DNA of 28,255 bases, taken from a virus (Duplodnaviria > Caudoviricetes). The notes below the pieces were generated by a model, which was not told the DNA's origin, searched no databases, and was given only the letters and a program-made list of their open reading frames with translations. Below are positions 7,141-15,656 of this stretch, in pieces (within the stretch, counting starts at the first letter, position 1; every line of letters begins with the position of its first letter). The stretch is taken from positions 1 to 28,255 of IMG/VR virus record IMGVR_UViG_3300035392_000113; one strand, written 5' to 3'. The translations under genes were made by a program, and so were the position numbers.

Positions 7141-9525
7141 CTACGCAGTAATTTTGAAATAGCTGACTTTCTCAGGAACGGGGGCAGCGATAGCATTGTA
7201 CTCTACCACAAACCATTCTTGACTATCAATTAACAACCCTTGAGCGTCTCGCTTCATTTGAGGCCCCTTAAGTTGCATTGGTTTGAACACGGAGTACAAA
7301 ACCGCTTCCCGATTACCGACTAAGCCGTAACTGTCCGCCACTAAAGGACTTTGGAACACCTCAAGACCTTTGAAACGACCCACATTTCCTTCGGGAGTTA
7401 AAAAGCCATCTGCCCTCATACCCGCCGCAGTAAATGACGGTGAATTGGATAAACGGTCACAGTTTGATAAACTCAGTAACAAAAAGTCGGGCTTGTAAAA
7501 TCTATCACCCACCAAAGTTTTCGCCGTCCCAATCAAGTTAGTCAACGCCACTAAATCACCCACACCACTATTCCACGAACCTGCATTGTTGTTACGAACA
7601 GATAAAGCGGCACTCGTTGCTTCGGCAAATAACGCCCCATCAATCTTATTACGAATATCTAACACCAATGCCTCTAAGGTTCGTTTCAAGATATTATCAT
7701 TTGCTAACGCTTGAGTGAACAGGATTGATTCGTCTGTGAGTAACGTTGCTAATCGGACGGCAGTGGCGGTCATTGTAATCGGGGTTTGGGTTAAACCCGC
7801 CCCTTGAATACCCATACCCTCACCCTGTCTAATCGCCTCATAAACGTAATCTATCGCTAATACATCAGTGGGGACAATATCTCCCCCTGTAACGGCCATA
7901 ATTGTCCCATCGGTATATTTCACGATGTAATCATCGCCTTCAATTAAGGTGGTTACACCTTTTGTTACGACCACACTACCAAATGTAATTTGTGCGCCCA
8001 CTAATTTTACAGGTTTTTCTAAGGATACGATGGTTACGGCTTCATTAATGATAGTGACGGTTTTACCTGTATCACCTTTGAAATAACTGTAATAACGTCT
8101 TTCAATGGGGGCGGACATCATATCGGTAGCGAACATTCCCGTTGCAATCAAATCAGGGACGGCTTGAGCGATAACGCCTATCATCAATGAGTACGGTAAA
8201 TTCAAGTCAGCCGTTGTAACGGTATCGCTAAAGCGTTGATATTCGTTAATCAAGTTTCGCTTAATCTCACTGTTATTTAGAGCGTGGTCAAGATAACGGG
8301 CAGCAAAGGCTTCGTTGGCATTTTTCGGTTTGGTCATTTCCCATCGTTTACCGACAGAGGTGCGTTGCATACGGTCAATGAGTAACGTGGCGGGGCGCAT
8401 AAATTCAGGGTGTCCTGTTTCGTTCTCAAATACGGAACTAACGGCGATTTGACTTTTAACAACCGCCCCTTGATTGACTTTTGCGGTATCAACCATCACT
8501 TTCTCGAACATCTTGATTTGATTGACTACTAAAGCGGTTGCTTGTTCGGGACTGACGGGATTTAGAGTAAATACAGAATCTCTGATACCTTGTTTGGTTA
8601 CGACCTCAAATTTAGTTTTGTTTAACTCTAAATCAATCGCCTTGTTGATAGCATCGGTCAATTTGATTTTATCCGCTTCCGCCGCCTTTCTTTTATGGTC
8701 AGTTAATGAACTGAGTAAATCATCCGTCTCACTTAACCCTAAAGCGTCACGTAATGCTTTTTGTTCCTGCGCCACAATAGAGGCAATTTTTTGTTGATGT
8801 GCCTCTTGTTCTCTGCGGATTGCCTCTTGTTCGGCATCAGCAATTCTTTGAGCCGCATCTTGTTCTCTGCGGATTGCCTCTTGTTGCGCCTCATACTCTG
8901 CTACGATTTTATTGTATAAAGCGGGCATTTTAGTTTGAATACTCTCAACGTTATCATCAACAGGAGTTTGTACAGTTGTCATAATTTGTTTACTCTCCAA
9001 AGTTTGTACCCGCCCGTTGGCATCGGCGGGATTAAGTACGAAATCAAAACCTTCTAAATGCAATTCAGTCACTTGATAAGCAATATCGTTCATCATATCG
9101 ATGGGTTCTACCACCCCATACGCTCTCATTGAAATTCCTACCCGCAAACCCATCGCTATAAGATTCTCAATTTGTTTCCCTTTGTCGGGTGATAGTAACC
9201 CCGCCAATTCTACAATGTTGCCATTTAACGCAATACTCGTCCAATTAACGGCAACGTCCTCTAATTCTGCCTCATACTCAGGGTGGTCAATTTGTCCTGT
9301 CAATGAACCACCCGCCGCAAATTTGGCAATCATCTCGTCAATTGCGGCACGTAATACGGGTGTTGGATAAATACGCCGATTGGCATTGATGGTGTTTCCC
9401 GTAGTCCCAATTCCTGTAATGCGGCGTGGAGTAAGACCATTCCCTGCGGCATCTTTAAGTTTGGGCGAATCGACATTGAGCTTAACGCCATCTAGCGGCT
9501 CAATTATTTTTATAAGTTGTCCCAT
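7141..9525 (-). CDS. Fused prohead protease - scaffold - major capsid protein
   Basis: N-terminus has T4 gp21-type protease motifs (NANRRIYP, GQIDHP, GISMRAYG, FDFVLNPA); middle is coiled coil; C-terminus has HK97-fold capsid features (GRFKGLEVFQS). Start placed at 9525 because ATG 9549 lies inside an upstream hairpin. Confidence 0.88.
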   Translation of the reverse strand: MGQLIKIIEPLDGVKLNVDSPKLKDAAGNGLTPRRITGIGTTGNTINANRRIYPTPVLRAAIDEMIAKFAAGGSLTGQIDHPEYEAELEDVAVNWTSIALNGNIVELAGLLSPDKGKQIENLIAMGLRVGISMRAYGVVEPIDMMNDIAYQVTELHLEGFDFVLNPADANGRVQTLESKQIMTTVQTPVDDNVESIQTKMPALYNKIVAEYEAQQEAIRREQDAAQRIADAEQEAIRREQEAHQQKIASIVAQEQKALRDALGLSETDDLLSSLTDHKRKAAEADKIKLTDAINKAIDLELNKTKFEVVTKQGIRDSVFTLNPVSPEQATALVVNQIKMFEKVMVDTAKVNQGAVVKSQIAVSSVFENETGHPEFMRPATLLIDRMQRTSVGKRWEMTKPKNANEAFAARYLDHALNNSEIKRNLINEYQRFSDTVTTADLNLPYSLMIGVIAQAVPDLIATGMFATDMMSAPIERRYYSYFKGDTGKTVTIINEAVTIVSLEKPVKLVGAQITFGSVVVTKGVTTLIEGDDYIVKYTDGTIMAVTGGDIVPTDVLAIDYVYEAIRQGEGMGIQGAGLTQTPITMTATAVRLATLLTDESILFTQALANDNILKRTLEALVLDIRNKIDGALFAEATSAALSVRNNNAGSWNSGVGDLVALTNLIGTAKTLVGDRFYKPDFLLLSLSNCDRLSNSPSFTAAGMRADGFLTPEGNVGRFKGLEVFQSPLVADSYGLVGNREAVLYSVFKPMQLKGPQMKRDAQGLLIDSQEWFVVEYNAIAAPVPEKVSYFKITA
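8804..8885. repeat. 28-bp exact direct repeat in the scaffold region
   Basis: TCTTGTTCTCTGCGGATTGCCTCTTGTT at 8804-8831 and 8858-8885 (54-nt period, QEAIRREQ twice). Confidence 0.9.
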
Positions 9526-9534
9526 AATGTTACC

Positions 9535-9578
9535 AAAAAAAACGGGCATAGATTGAAGTAATTCACGCTATGCCCGTT
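9535..9578 (-). terminator. Terminator-like hairpin immediately upstream of the capsid gene
   Basis: Minus strand AACGGGCATAG-N16-CTATGCCCGTT running into a T8 tract. Confidence 0.65.
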
Positions 9579-9642
9579 GAGGAGGAACACCTCCCGATAG
9601 GTTTCTATTTATTTTTTATATAATACCACATTACTCAGATAA

Positions 9643-9861
9643 TCACAAAATCCTTTTAAGTTCTTTACATTTTCCCCTCAATTCTTTCAAAGTCAAATCT
9701 CCACGAATGGAATTATTTAGAATCCAATCGTAAATGATTGTTTCATCGTGGGTCATTCGGATATACCCTTGCTTTTTTAATTCAGGGTCAATGACTTTAA
9801 TAATATGGATTAACAATCGTCTTACGGTAATCCATACTTGAGGGCTTGTACTATCGTTCAT
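9643..9861 (-). CDS. Hypothetical protein
   Basis: 72-aa ORF overlapping the portal stop (ATGA). Confidence 0.65.
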   Translation of the reverse strand: MNDSTSPQVWITVRRLLIHIIKVIDPELKKQGYIRMTHDETIIYDWILNNSIRGDLTLKELRGKCKELKRIL

Positions 9862-11042
9862 TGTGTAACCGTATCTTTTGCTCCCAATAGACCCTGTAAG
9901 ATAATGGCATTAACCATTTCTTCATCATTGAACTTGATTTCGAGGGTTAAGTGAGGCGGCCATAAATTTTTAGCTAATAGTTGTTTTTCTATGAGTGGAG
10001 TGATTAAACTGTCAATGACCCATCTCCGTCCTGCCCTGACACGCATATAATACTGAGTGAGTTTGAACGGTAATCCACTATCAGATAAACTACCGCCTCC
10101 AGGCAGATAATCAAATAACACTGTCGGCGCAGGACTTGCCGCTAACATCGCCCTAACGTGCAACTCCACGTCATCTAACGCCCCAATACCACCCCCCGTA
10201 TTTAAGACCTCTACTCCCGCCCCCGCCCCACCTGTTACAAAATACTGCGCCACTGCCTCATAAGGATTTTCGATTGACATTTGATTTAAGGATTGATATT
10301 CTTGAATTTCTTGTAACGAATATCCTGTTAAGTGGTGAACCAATGTTTTTTGAGCGTAAAATAGGCGGTTCATTGAAACATTTTGTTCAGCACGTCCTAA
10401 TTTCTCAGCGGCATCAATTGCTGCCGCAAACGTAGGAGTACCATACCGACTTTTTTTTAAGTGATTATTACGAAGGTGTATCATTTGCCATAAAGGAAAC
10501 CATACCACTTCGGAGTCTTTGGGGGTATCGCCGTAATAATTATCGCTATAAAAGAACATTTTGGCGGGGTCGTAGGGAACGTCATTATCGTTGGTGTGAC
10601 GGTACATATACAGTTGGGCTTTTGAGGATAAGGCAACTATATCGCCTTCGCTGTTATAAGATACTTCGAGAAATACGTCACCATTTACGAAACAGTCTAT
10701 TAAAGGGATATTTAACTCACTGTTGAGATTTAAGCGTTTAATCATATCATCAATGATTTGTTGAGCCTTCTCTTTATTCTCACTCAAGACCGCATCCGTC
10801 ACCGTTACCGTAAATCCCGTCCCCATCAAATCTGACGCATACATCTGTATCGGCTCTGCCACTCTCGCATCACGAGCATATAACTCCCGACAAGACCGTA
10901 TGGTCGTTATCCGATTTCTAATCTCCCTGTCCTGTAACAAGCCTTTAGACATCTTATTTTGCGGTAAGTCTAACGTTGATGTTACATCTTGTTTGGTATA
11001 ATATTTCTTAAATAGATTGGCTAATGATTGGAGTATACCCAT
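9858..11042 (-). CDS. Portal protein
   Basis: FVNGDVFLE, MIHLR...RYGTP motifs, about 394 aa, upstream of head genes; ATG 11042 lies 7 nt after a TATAAT (11055-11050). Confidence 0.88.
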   Translation of the reverse strand: MGILQSLANLFKKYYTKQDVTSTLDLPQNKMSKGLLQDREIRNRITTIRSCRELYARDARVAEPIQMYASDLMGTGFTVTVTDAVLSENKEKAQQIIDDMIKRLNLNSELNIPLIDCFVNGDVFLEVSYNSEGDIVALSSKAQLYMYRHTNDNDVPYDPAKMFFYSDNYYGDTPKDSEVVWFPLWQMIHLRNNHLKKSRYGTPTFAAAIDAAEKLGRAEQNVSMNRLFYAQKTLVHHLTGYSLQEIQEYQSLNQMSIENPYEAVAQYFVTGGAGAGVEVLNTGGGIGALDDVELHVRAMLAASPAPTVLFDYLPGGGSLSDSGLPFKLTQYYMRVRAGRRWVIDSLITPLIEKQLLAKNLWPPHLTLEIKFNDEEMVNAIILQGLLGAKDTVTQ

Positions 11043-11094
11043 AAATAGCATTATACTCAGTAATTCTAATTTCAGCCAATAATGTAATACAAAT

Positions 11095-11121
11095 AAAAAG
11101 AGCCTTCGTAATGAAGGCTCT
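11095..11121 (-). terminator. Intrinsic terminator
   Basis: Minus strand AGAGCCTTC-attac-GAAGGCTCT-TTTT after the 11138 ORF. Confidence 0.8.
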
Positions 11122-11137
11122 ACTCACTCAATTTATC

Positions 11138-11404
11138 TTACTCCCACAGGTCGCTTTGATTAAAGCTATCGTAATCTAAGTCTAAATCGTCATCGTCAAG
11201 GGCATACCCCACTTCTAATTCAAGTTGAGTTTCTGCGGCCATTTTCTCAAGGGTAACGATACATTGCTCATACGTTACCCCTAACGGTATTACTTCGCCT
11301 TCTGCCTTAAAAGTTACAATCCCCTCAACTATTTTAAGGGTGAAGTTGTTGTAATAAAGGTCAGGGTAGTTTTGTTTTAATTTGTTCCTTAATTGTTCTA
11401 ACAT
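11138..11404 (-). CDS. Hypothetical protein with acidic C-terminus
   Basis: Likely start MLEQLR at 11404 after a GGGGG RBS. Confidence 0.7.
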   Translation of the reverse strand: MLEQLRNKLKQNYPDLYYNNFTLKIVEGIVTFKAEGEVIPLGVTYEQCIVTLEKMAAETQLELEVGYALDDDDLDLDYDSFNQSDLWE

Positions 11405-11405
11405 T

Positions 11406-11690
11406 TTATAACCCCCACAATTCTTTCGTAGCAGTTTTGTAAGCAGTTTCAATCATTTGAGCCTTCAAGACCGCCACATCTTGACTAATTAACTGCTGTA
11501 ACATCGGTATACTAATCCCTACCGTGATTTTGGAACTTTGAATGACCGTCCCATCGCTCACTGTGATGAACCCCTGAACTTCGGTGGCAGTCACGAGAGC
11601 CATTTCTACTGTTGCCGTCTCATCTAATTGCACTAACAATGTGTTGATTACTTTATCATAAACGTTTTGAATGATTTTATCGAATGTCAT
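11406..11690 (-). CDS. Hypothetical protein
   Basis: 94 aa, GAGGA RBS, own promoter. Confidence 0.75.
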   Translation of the reverse strand: MTFDKIIQNVYDKVINTLLVQLDETATVEMALVTATEVQGFITVSDGTVIQSSKITVGISIPMLQQLISQDVAVLKAQMIETAYKTATKELWGL

Positions 11691-11722
11691 TTTTTAATTC
11701 CTCTAATTGATTTGATGATACC

Positions 11723-11751
11723 ATTATACCATACTTATCTCAATTTGTCAA
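11723..11751 (-). promoter_or_regulatory. Consensus sigma70-type promoter
   Basis: TTGACA (11751-11746), 17 bp, TATAAT (11728-11723). Confidence 0.9.
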
Positions 11752-11811
11752 TAAGGAATATCTAATTTATCCAAACTTTAAGATTATTCTAATTTATATC
11801 AGTATCATTAT

Positions 11812-11840
11812 TTGTCAATAGGGGTAAAGTATGGTATAAT
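11812..11840 (+). promoter_or_regulatory. Sigma70-type promoter, divergent from the previous one
   Basis: TTGTCA, 17 bp, TG-extended TATAAT. Confidence 0.75.
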
Positions 11841-11869
11841 GGGATTATCAAAGAACAGAGGTAATTGAA

Positions 11870-12142
11870 ATGGCATTTAACTCATATCGTAAGGCTTATA
11901 ATTACAATTTGGTGAAGGCAACCCCATTAACTCAGTTAATGGGTTATGAGGTGGGATTAACAATATATCAAGAAATTGTGGGTGAGGTGTTGCGATTAGT
12001 GAGAGGTAACGTATTTGTACAAAGTGATGAAATCGGTAAAAAAGTGAAACGGGAAATGGTTCGCTTTGAACAATATCTAATTACTCAACTCACTATAAAT
12101 GCAGAATATGAATTTATGACCACTTATGAGATTAGGTATTGA
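11870..12142 (+). CDS. Hypothetical protein
   Basis: 90 aa, GAGGT RBS, own promoter. Confidence 0.75.
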   Translation: MAFNSYRKAYNYNLVKATPLTQLMGYEVGLTIYQEIVGEVLRLVRGNVFVQSDEIGKKVKREMVRFEQYLITQLTINAEYEFMTTYEIRY

Positions 12143-12167
12143 CAAACTAAAATAGTTATGTTATAAT
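12139..12167 (+). promoter_or_regulatory. Consensus promoter for the sRNA-tRNA transcript
   Basis: TTGACA (12139-12144), 17 bp, TATAAT (12162-12167). Confidence 0.9.
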
Positions 12168-12172
12168 GATTT

Positions 12173-12278
12173 ATGATAGTAAGCGAGTAACTTCGTTGAG
12201 GGTTAAGGCTAATAACCGCCTCGCAGTAATGACGAGTAACTTCGTTGAGGACAGGGCTAAGAACCACCTTACTATCAT
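12173..12278 (+). ncRNA. Putative structured small RNA with two repeated domains
   Basis: Closed by an 11-bp stem ATGATAGTAAG/CTTACTATCAT that starts at the predicted TSS; contains CGAGTAACTTCGTTGAGG twice (12184-12201, 12233-12250). Confidence 0.6.
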
Positions 12279-12281
12279 TAA

Positions 12282-12355
12282 GCGGACGTGGCGGAATTGG
12301 CATACGCGAGTGGCTTAGACCCACTATTTTGCAGGTTCGAGTCCTGCCGTCCGTA
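12282..12355 (+). tRNA. tRNA-Leu (anticodon TAG) with short variable loop, CCA not encoded
   Basis: Acceptor GCGGACG/CGTCCGT, Leu-type D arm GCGGAATTGGCATACGC, anticodon arm AGTGG-CTTAGAC-CCACT, variable ATTTT, T arm GCAGG-TTCGAGT-CCTGC, discriminator A. Confidence 0.9.
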
Positions 12356-12380
12356 CTGAGGGTGAGAGGCAGATATGGCT

Positions 12381-12704
12381 TTACTGAGAACTGCGGATTA
12401 ACGAGAGTTGAAAACAGAATTTCACAACTTCCCCGTCTAACTCACTTAACCTTTGGACGGACATATCTATCATTCCATCAAACACTTTACTGTTAAACCC
12501 ACTCAGTAATTGCCCCACAGCCCCGTCAGTCCATTCTACTCTCACGAAGGCAGTTGAGGATTGTACTTTGAATTTACCGCCGTATTCCTTGAGGGCTTGA
12601 CGGATTAACTTCGCCCCTTCAACGGGGAATATCAGGCGTGATGGGATATTTTTAATGTCATCTTGTTCGATAATAGTTGGTAACTTCATAATGTTATCAT
12701 TCAC
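12381..12704 (-). CDS. LPD29-like domain protein
   Basis: AKLIRQALK...KFKVQS...VRVEWTDG...FDGMID resembles the large polyvalent protein-associated domain 29 pattern; start may be ATG 12689. Confidence 0.65.
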   Translation of the reverse strand: MNDNIMKLPTIIEQDDIKNIPSRLIFPVEGAKLIRQALKEYGGKFKVQSSTAFVRVEWTDGAVGQLLSGFNSKVFDGMIDMSVQRLSELDGEVVKFCFQLSLIRSSQ

Positions 12705-12739
12705 TCAACTACTCGAATAATTCGAGTAGTTGAGTGAAT
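12699..12739. repeat. 41-bp palindrome (20-bp perfect arms, 1-nt spacer)
   Basis: ATTCACTCAACTACTCGAAT-A-ATTCGAGTAGTTGAGTGAAT. Confidence 0.95.
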
Positions 12740-12902
12740 TTGTTTGATTATAATTCCATTCGATAAGAGTGAATTGATTCCATTGTATCTAAATTTTCAA
12801 CGGTTACGATATTCTTGCAACCCGCACATTTCCCATTGTTCAGAAAAAATCAATGTAACCAAACATTGATTTTATCCAAACTTTAAGGTTATTTAGTTTG
12901 AG

Positions 12903-13103
12903 TTAAGAGTTATATTCAATATGGGGGAAATAGACTACCCACCCCATTCCTAAATTATCCCATCGGGACTGTTCAAATTCTTGAGTGAGCGAAGAGTCAA
13001 GGGTGATAATTTTGGCTGTTGCAACGGCCACGTTATCAAACCCAATACAATGCGCCCCAAACCTCCACCGTCCTGAGTAACTAAACGGCTCATACCCCGC
13101 CAA
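12903..13103 (-). CDS. Hypothetical protein or gene remnant
   Basis: 66-aa ORF with TTG start and no clear RBS; an in-frame ATG at 13145 is separated from it by one TAA. Confidence 0.35.
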   Translation of the reverse strand: MAGYEPFSYSGRWRFGAHCIGFDNVAVATAKIITLDSSLTQEFEQSRWDNLGMGWVVYFPHIEYNS

Positions 13104-13173
13104 TTCAATCGTTTATCTATAGGTATTTACCCCATTTGTTGTCATAACACAATAATCTCATTTTGTCAACTCA

Positions 13174-13202
13174 TTGACAAAGTAATTTATCTATGGTATG
13201 AT
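13174..13202 (+). promoter_or_regulatory. Sigma70-type promoter
   Basis: TTGACA, 17 bp, TG-extended TATGAT. Confidence 0.85.
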
Positions 13203-13223
13203 ATGACAAAGTGAGGTGGTAAT

Positions 13224-13673
13224 ATGGTAGAATATGACTTAATTAAGAAATTAGCAGATGATGGGTTGACGGATACGCAGATTGGTGAAGTGGTTGGGTT
13301 GACGGGGAAAGAGGTCGCTGCTCAATTGAGAGAAAATGGCTATTCGCTGACGGCTACGTTTGAGCAACGGGTGGCGATGAATAACGCGGGGTTTTCGATT
13401 TCAGAGATAGCCGATAGATTAAGAGTTAATCGGCAAGTTGTTCACGCTCAATTTAAGAGCCGTAAACAACCAATTATGAAATATCATTATCGTAACAGAT
13501 TACCGTTACCCCCCAAAGAAACGTTACTCAGTGACTATGCCAACGGACTGAGTATTATGGCAATTGCCAAAAAATACAAAGTGTGTGGTTACACTCGATT
13601 ACAACAACAATTCGCTGAGTGGAGCGTAGATACCACCGTTCACCGAAAAGGTGGTCGTAAGAAAAAAGCCTAA
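13224..13673 (+). CDS. Multi-HTH DNA-binding protein
   Basis: Three HTH-like repeats: GLTDTQIGEVVGLT, GFSISEIADRLRVN, GLSIMAIAKKYKV; GAGGTG RBS. Confidence 0.8.
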   Translation: MVEYDLIKKLADDGLTDTQIGEVVGLTGKEVAAQLRENGYSLTATFEQRVAMNNAGFSISEIADRLRVNRQVVHAQFKSRKQPIMKYHYRNRLPLPPKETLLSDYANGLSIMAIAKKYKVCGYTRLQQQFAEWSVDTTVHRKGGRKKKA

Positions 13674-13675
13674 CA

Positions 13676-13703
13676 AAAAAGACAGTCAATTGACTGTCTT
13701 TTT
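13676..13703. terminator. Bidirectional terminator
   Basis: AAAAAGACAGTC-aatt-GACTGTCTTTTT between convergent genes. Confidence 0.85.
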
Positions 13704-13706
13704 AAG

Positions 13707-15164
13707 TTAATTAAAGATGGGTTTAGGATGATATTTTGAAACAATCACTTGAATGATGGGTTTGGGTGTTGGTTCGTGGGCGGCGGCTAATGCTAATGCC
13801 CACGCCCAAAATTTATCGGCGTGATGTTTCTCAGTTTTATTGGTGTCAAACACTAAATTTTTACTTGCTGTAACAATGCGTTTAATGGAGTTGATTTGAT
13901 AAGCTAATTCACGGTCTGTCGGTAGTGGCGTTTTATGTTGAGAAATGAGCATTTTGGCGTTTGTTGCCCATAAAGCCTTACTTGCATTTGAGAACAATAC
14001 CCCTTCGGCCTTGTAAGGGAACGCCTTCCCTAATTTCTCCGCTAAATTCATGCCTAATCCGTTTCTATCAATAAAGAGTTTAACGATAGGTAACTTAGAA
14101 AGGGCATAACTTACAATGTCATATTGGTCATCAAAATCAACGTTGTCTAAACTAATCATTAACCGTAATGGATATGAGCTATCAACGGTTAAACCAATAA
14201 GAAAGAGTTCAGTCGTATTACGAGTTCGTCCAATGTCAAGACCTGCGGCAAAACTAATTTCTAAATGGTTTTTTAATAATTCGTCAATCGCCTCATACGC
14301 CGCAGTGGTATTTTTGTTAACGCAATCGGCTTTGAAACAAATGAGGTTATCGCTTGAAACGGTTCTAATCTCAGTAAATGAAATGAGACTTGTGGATTTA
14401 TCGGTGAACGAACATTCAAATTCTTGTTGAAATGATTCAATCGCCACATTTTGAAAAATTGACTTTAAGCGGTCATTACCAAATCTCTCAACTCTTTCAT
14501 CGGTGGGTAGAGTATGAGCAATTTTAATCGCCTCTTTCACATTGAGGCACATTCCAAACGTATGCCACCACGGGGTCTCTTTGCGTGAATACCCTGAGTA
14601 AGGTTGCAGTGTCTCAGTGAAGATTTCCCAAAACACCCCACTTGCCCCAAAAGGACTTGACCCAATGCGAACCCGTCCCCCCTTAGAAACAACAGGTAAT
14701 GACGCAGTGTAAATATCAAGGTCACTCTGAACGTGAGCAAATTCGTCAAGGTAAACGTTAAAGCGAGCTTTACCACGAGGGGCTTTAGACGGCAGACTTA
14801 TCAATCTAGCCCCATTGTCATACTCTAACCCTAATTGATTATTCACCACCAATTGCGGTAAACCCGATAACCGTAATCTCAAGTTATTCTCAATTTGACG
14901 AGCGTAACGGATTTTTTCAATCGCTTCGTTGTAATTGATAGACACAAAGAAACTTGACTGACCTTCTAAGAACGCATCGGCAACAGCTTCCGCCGATGCG
15001 GTGAAACTCCACGATACTTGACGGGATTTATTTTCAATTCTGAATTTTCCATCGTAACAGAAATGTTCAATTTGAAAATGTTCCCATCGTGCCGTCTCAA
15101 CTCCCGAAGCGGCGGGTAAATCTAAATTGTCTAACAAAAATTGCGCCCGTTTAGTCAATTTCAT
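13707..15164 (-). CDS. terL: Terminase large subunit (Mu gp28-like type)
   Basis: KSRQVSWS Walker A, VYLDEFAH Walker B, SSPFG coupling motif, FQQEFEC, GLDIGR and HADKFWA nuclease motifs. Confidence 0.95.
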   Translation of the reverse strand: MKLTKRAQFLLDNLDLPAASGVETARWEHFQIEHFCYDGKFRIENKSRQVSWSFTASAEAVADAFLEGQSSFFVSINYNEAIEKIRYARQIENNLRLRLSGLPQLVVNNQLGLEYDNGARLISLPSKAPRGKARFNVYLDEFAHVQSDLDIYTASLPVVSKGGRVRIGSSPFGASGVFWEIFTETLQPYSGYSRKETPWWHTFGMCLNVKEAIKIAHTLPTDERVERFGNDRLKSIFQNVAIESFQQEFECSFTDKSTSLISFTEIRTVSSDNLICFKADCVNKNTTAAYEAIDELLKNHLEISFAAGLDIGRTRNTTELFLIGLTVDSSYPLRLMISLDNVDFDDQYDIVSYALSKLPIVKLFIDRNGLGMNLAEKLGKAFPYKAEGVLFSNASKALWATNAKMLISQHKTPLPTDRELAYQINSIKRIVTASKNLVFDTNKTEKHHADKFWAWALALAAAHEPTPKPIIQVIVSKYHPKPIFN

Positions 15165-15573
15165 CAAATATCGTTAACGCCTCTTTCACTTGTAATGCCG
15201 CTTTATTTTGTCGTTCTGTCCATTCACTGAGACTCATTGTGACAACTTCAACGGGTTTGGTGTTCTCAAGTTCTAATTTTTCATTATAGCCCCGATTACG
15301 ACCAATGGTTTTGAGCATAAACGTAATCGCCCATGGTTGACCTTTCTGAACCGCAGCGATTAAATTTAACTCTGCTACGTCCAATACCTGTCCTCTCGCC
15401 GCATCGACTATTGCCTGTGCTTCAGGGTAATCTCTCAAGTAATGAAACATTGTGACGTGAGAGATTTTGAGATTTTTGGCCGCTAAATACACCCCACCAC
15501 GACAACGCTCTAATTCAGCGAGTATTACAGGTAATGGAATTTTCTTTTTTCGATTGCGTTTTTTCTTTTCCAT
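15151..15573 (-). CDS. terS: Terminase small subunit (HTH)
   Basis: HTH (GVYLAAKNLKISHVTMFHY), WAITFMLKTIGRNRGY motif, overlaps terL; start MEKKK at 15573 just after a promoter. Confidence 0.8.
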   Translation of the reverse strand: MEKKKRNRKKKIPLPVILAELERCRGGVYLAAKNLKISHVTMFHYLRDYPEAQAIVDAARGQVLDVAELNLIAAVQKGQPWAITFMLKTIGRNRGYNEKLELENTKPVEVVTMSLSEWTERQNKAALQVKEALTIFDEID

Positions 15574-15580
15574 ATAACAA

Positions 15581-15609
15581 ATTGTACTCATAACAATCAA
15601 CAGTGTCAA
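15581..15609 (-). promoter_or_regulatory. Sigma70-type promoter for terS/terL (leaderless)
   Basis: TTGACA (15609-15604), 17 bp, TACAAT (15586-15581), ATG 7 nt downstream. Confidence 0.8.
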
Positions 15610-15656
15610 TTTGTTATATGGATTAGATTATCTTATAATGACTGAACGGAGATACT

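Noticed and set aside
221-9370. Plus-strand ORFs inside the structural module (221, 1501, 1887, 3213, 3940, 4202, 5123, 8522, 9101)
   Set aside because: Antisense shadows of well-supported minus-strand genes, without RBS or recognisable motifs.
12314-12320. Amber suppressor tRNA or stop-codon recoding
   Set aside because: The anticodon is TAG, which reads CUA (Leu); a suppressor would have CTA. Core genes are intact in the standard code and several end in TAG or TGA.
12124-12496. ORFs 12124-12324 (-) and 12245-12496 (+)
   Set aside because: They overlap the tRNA and its structured leader and lack RBSs; likely spurious.
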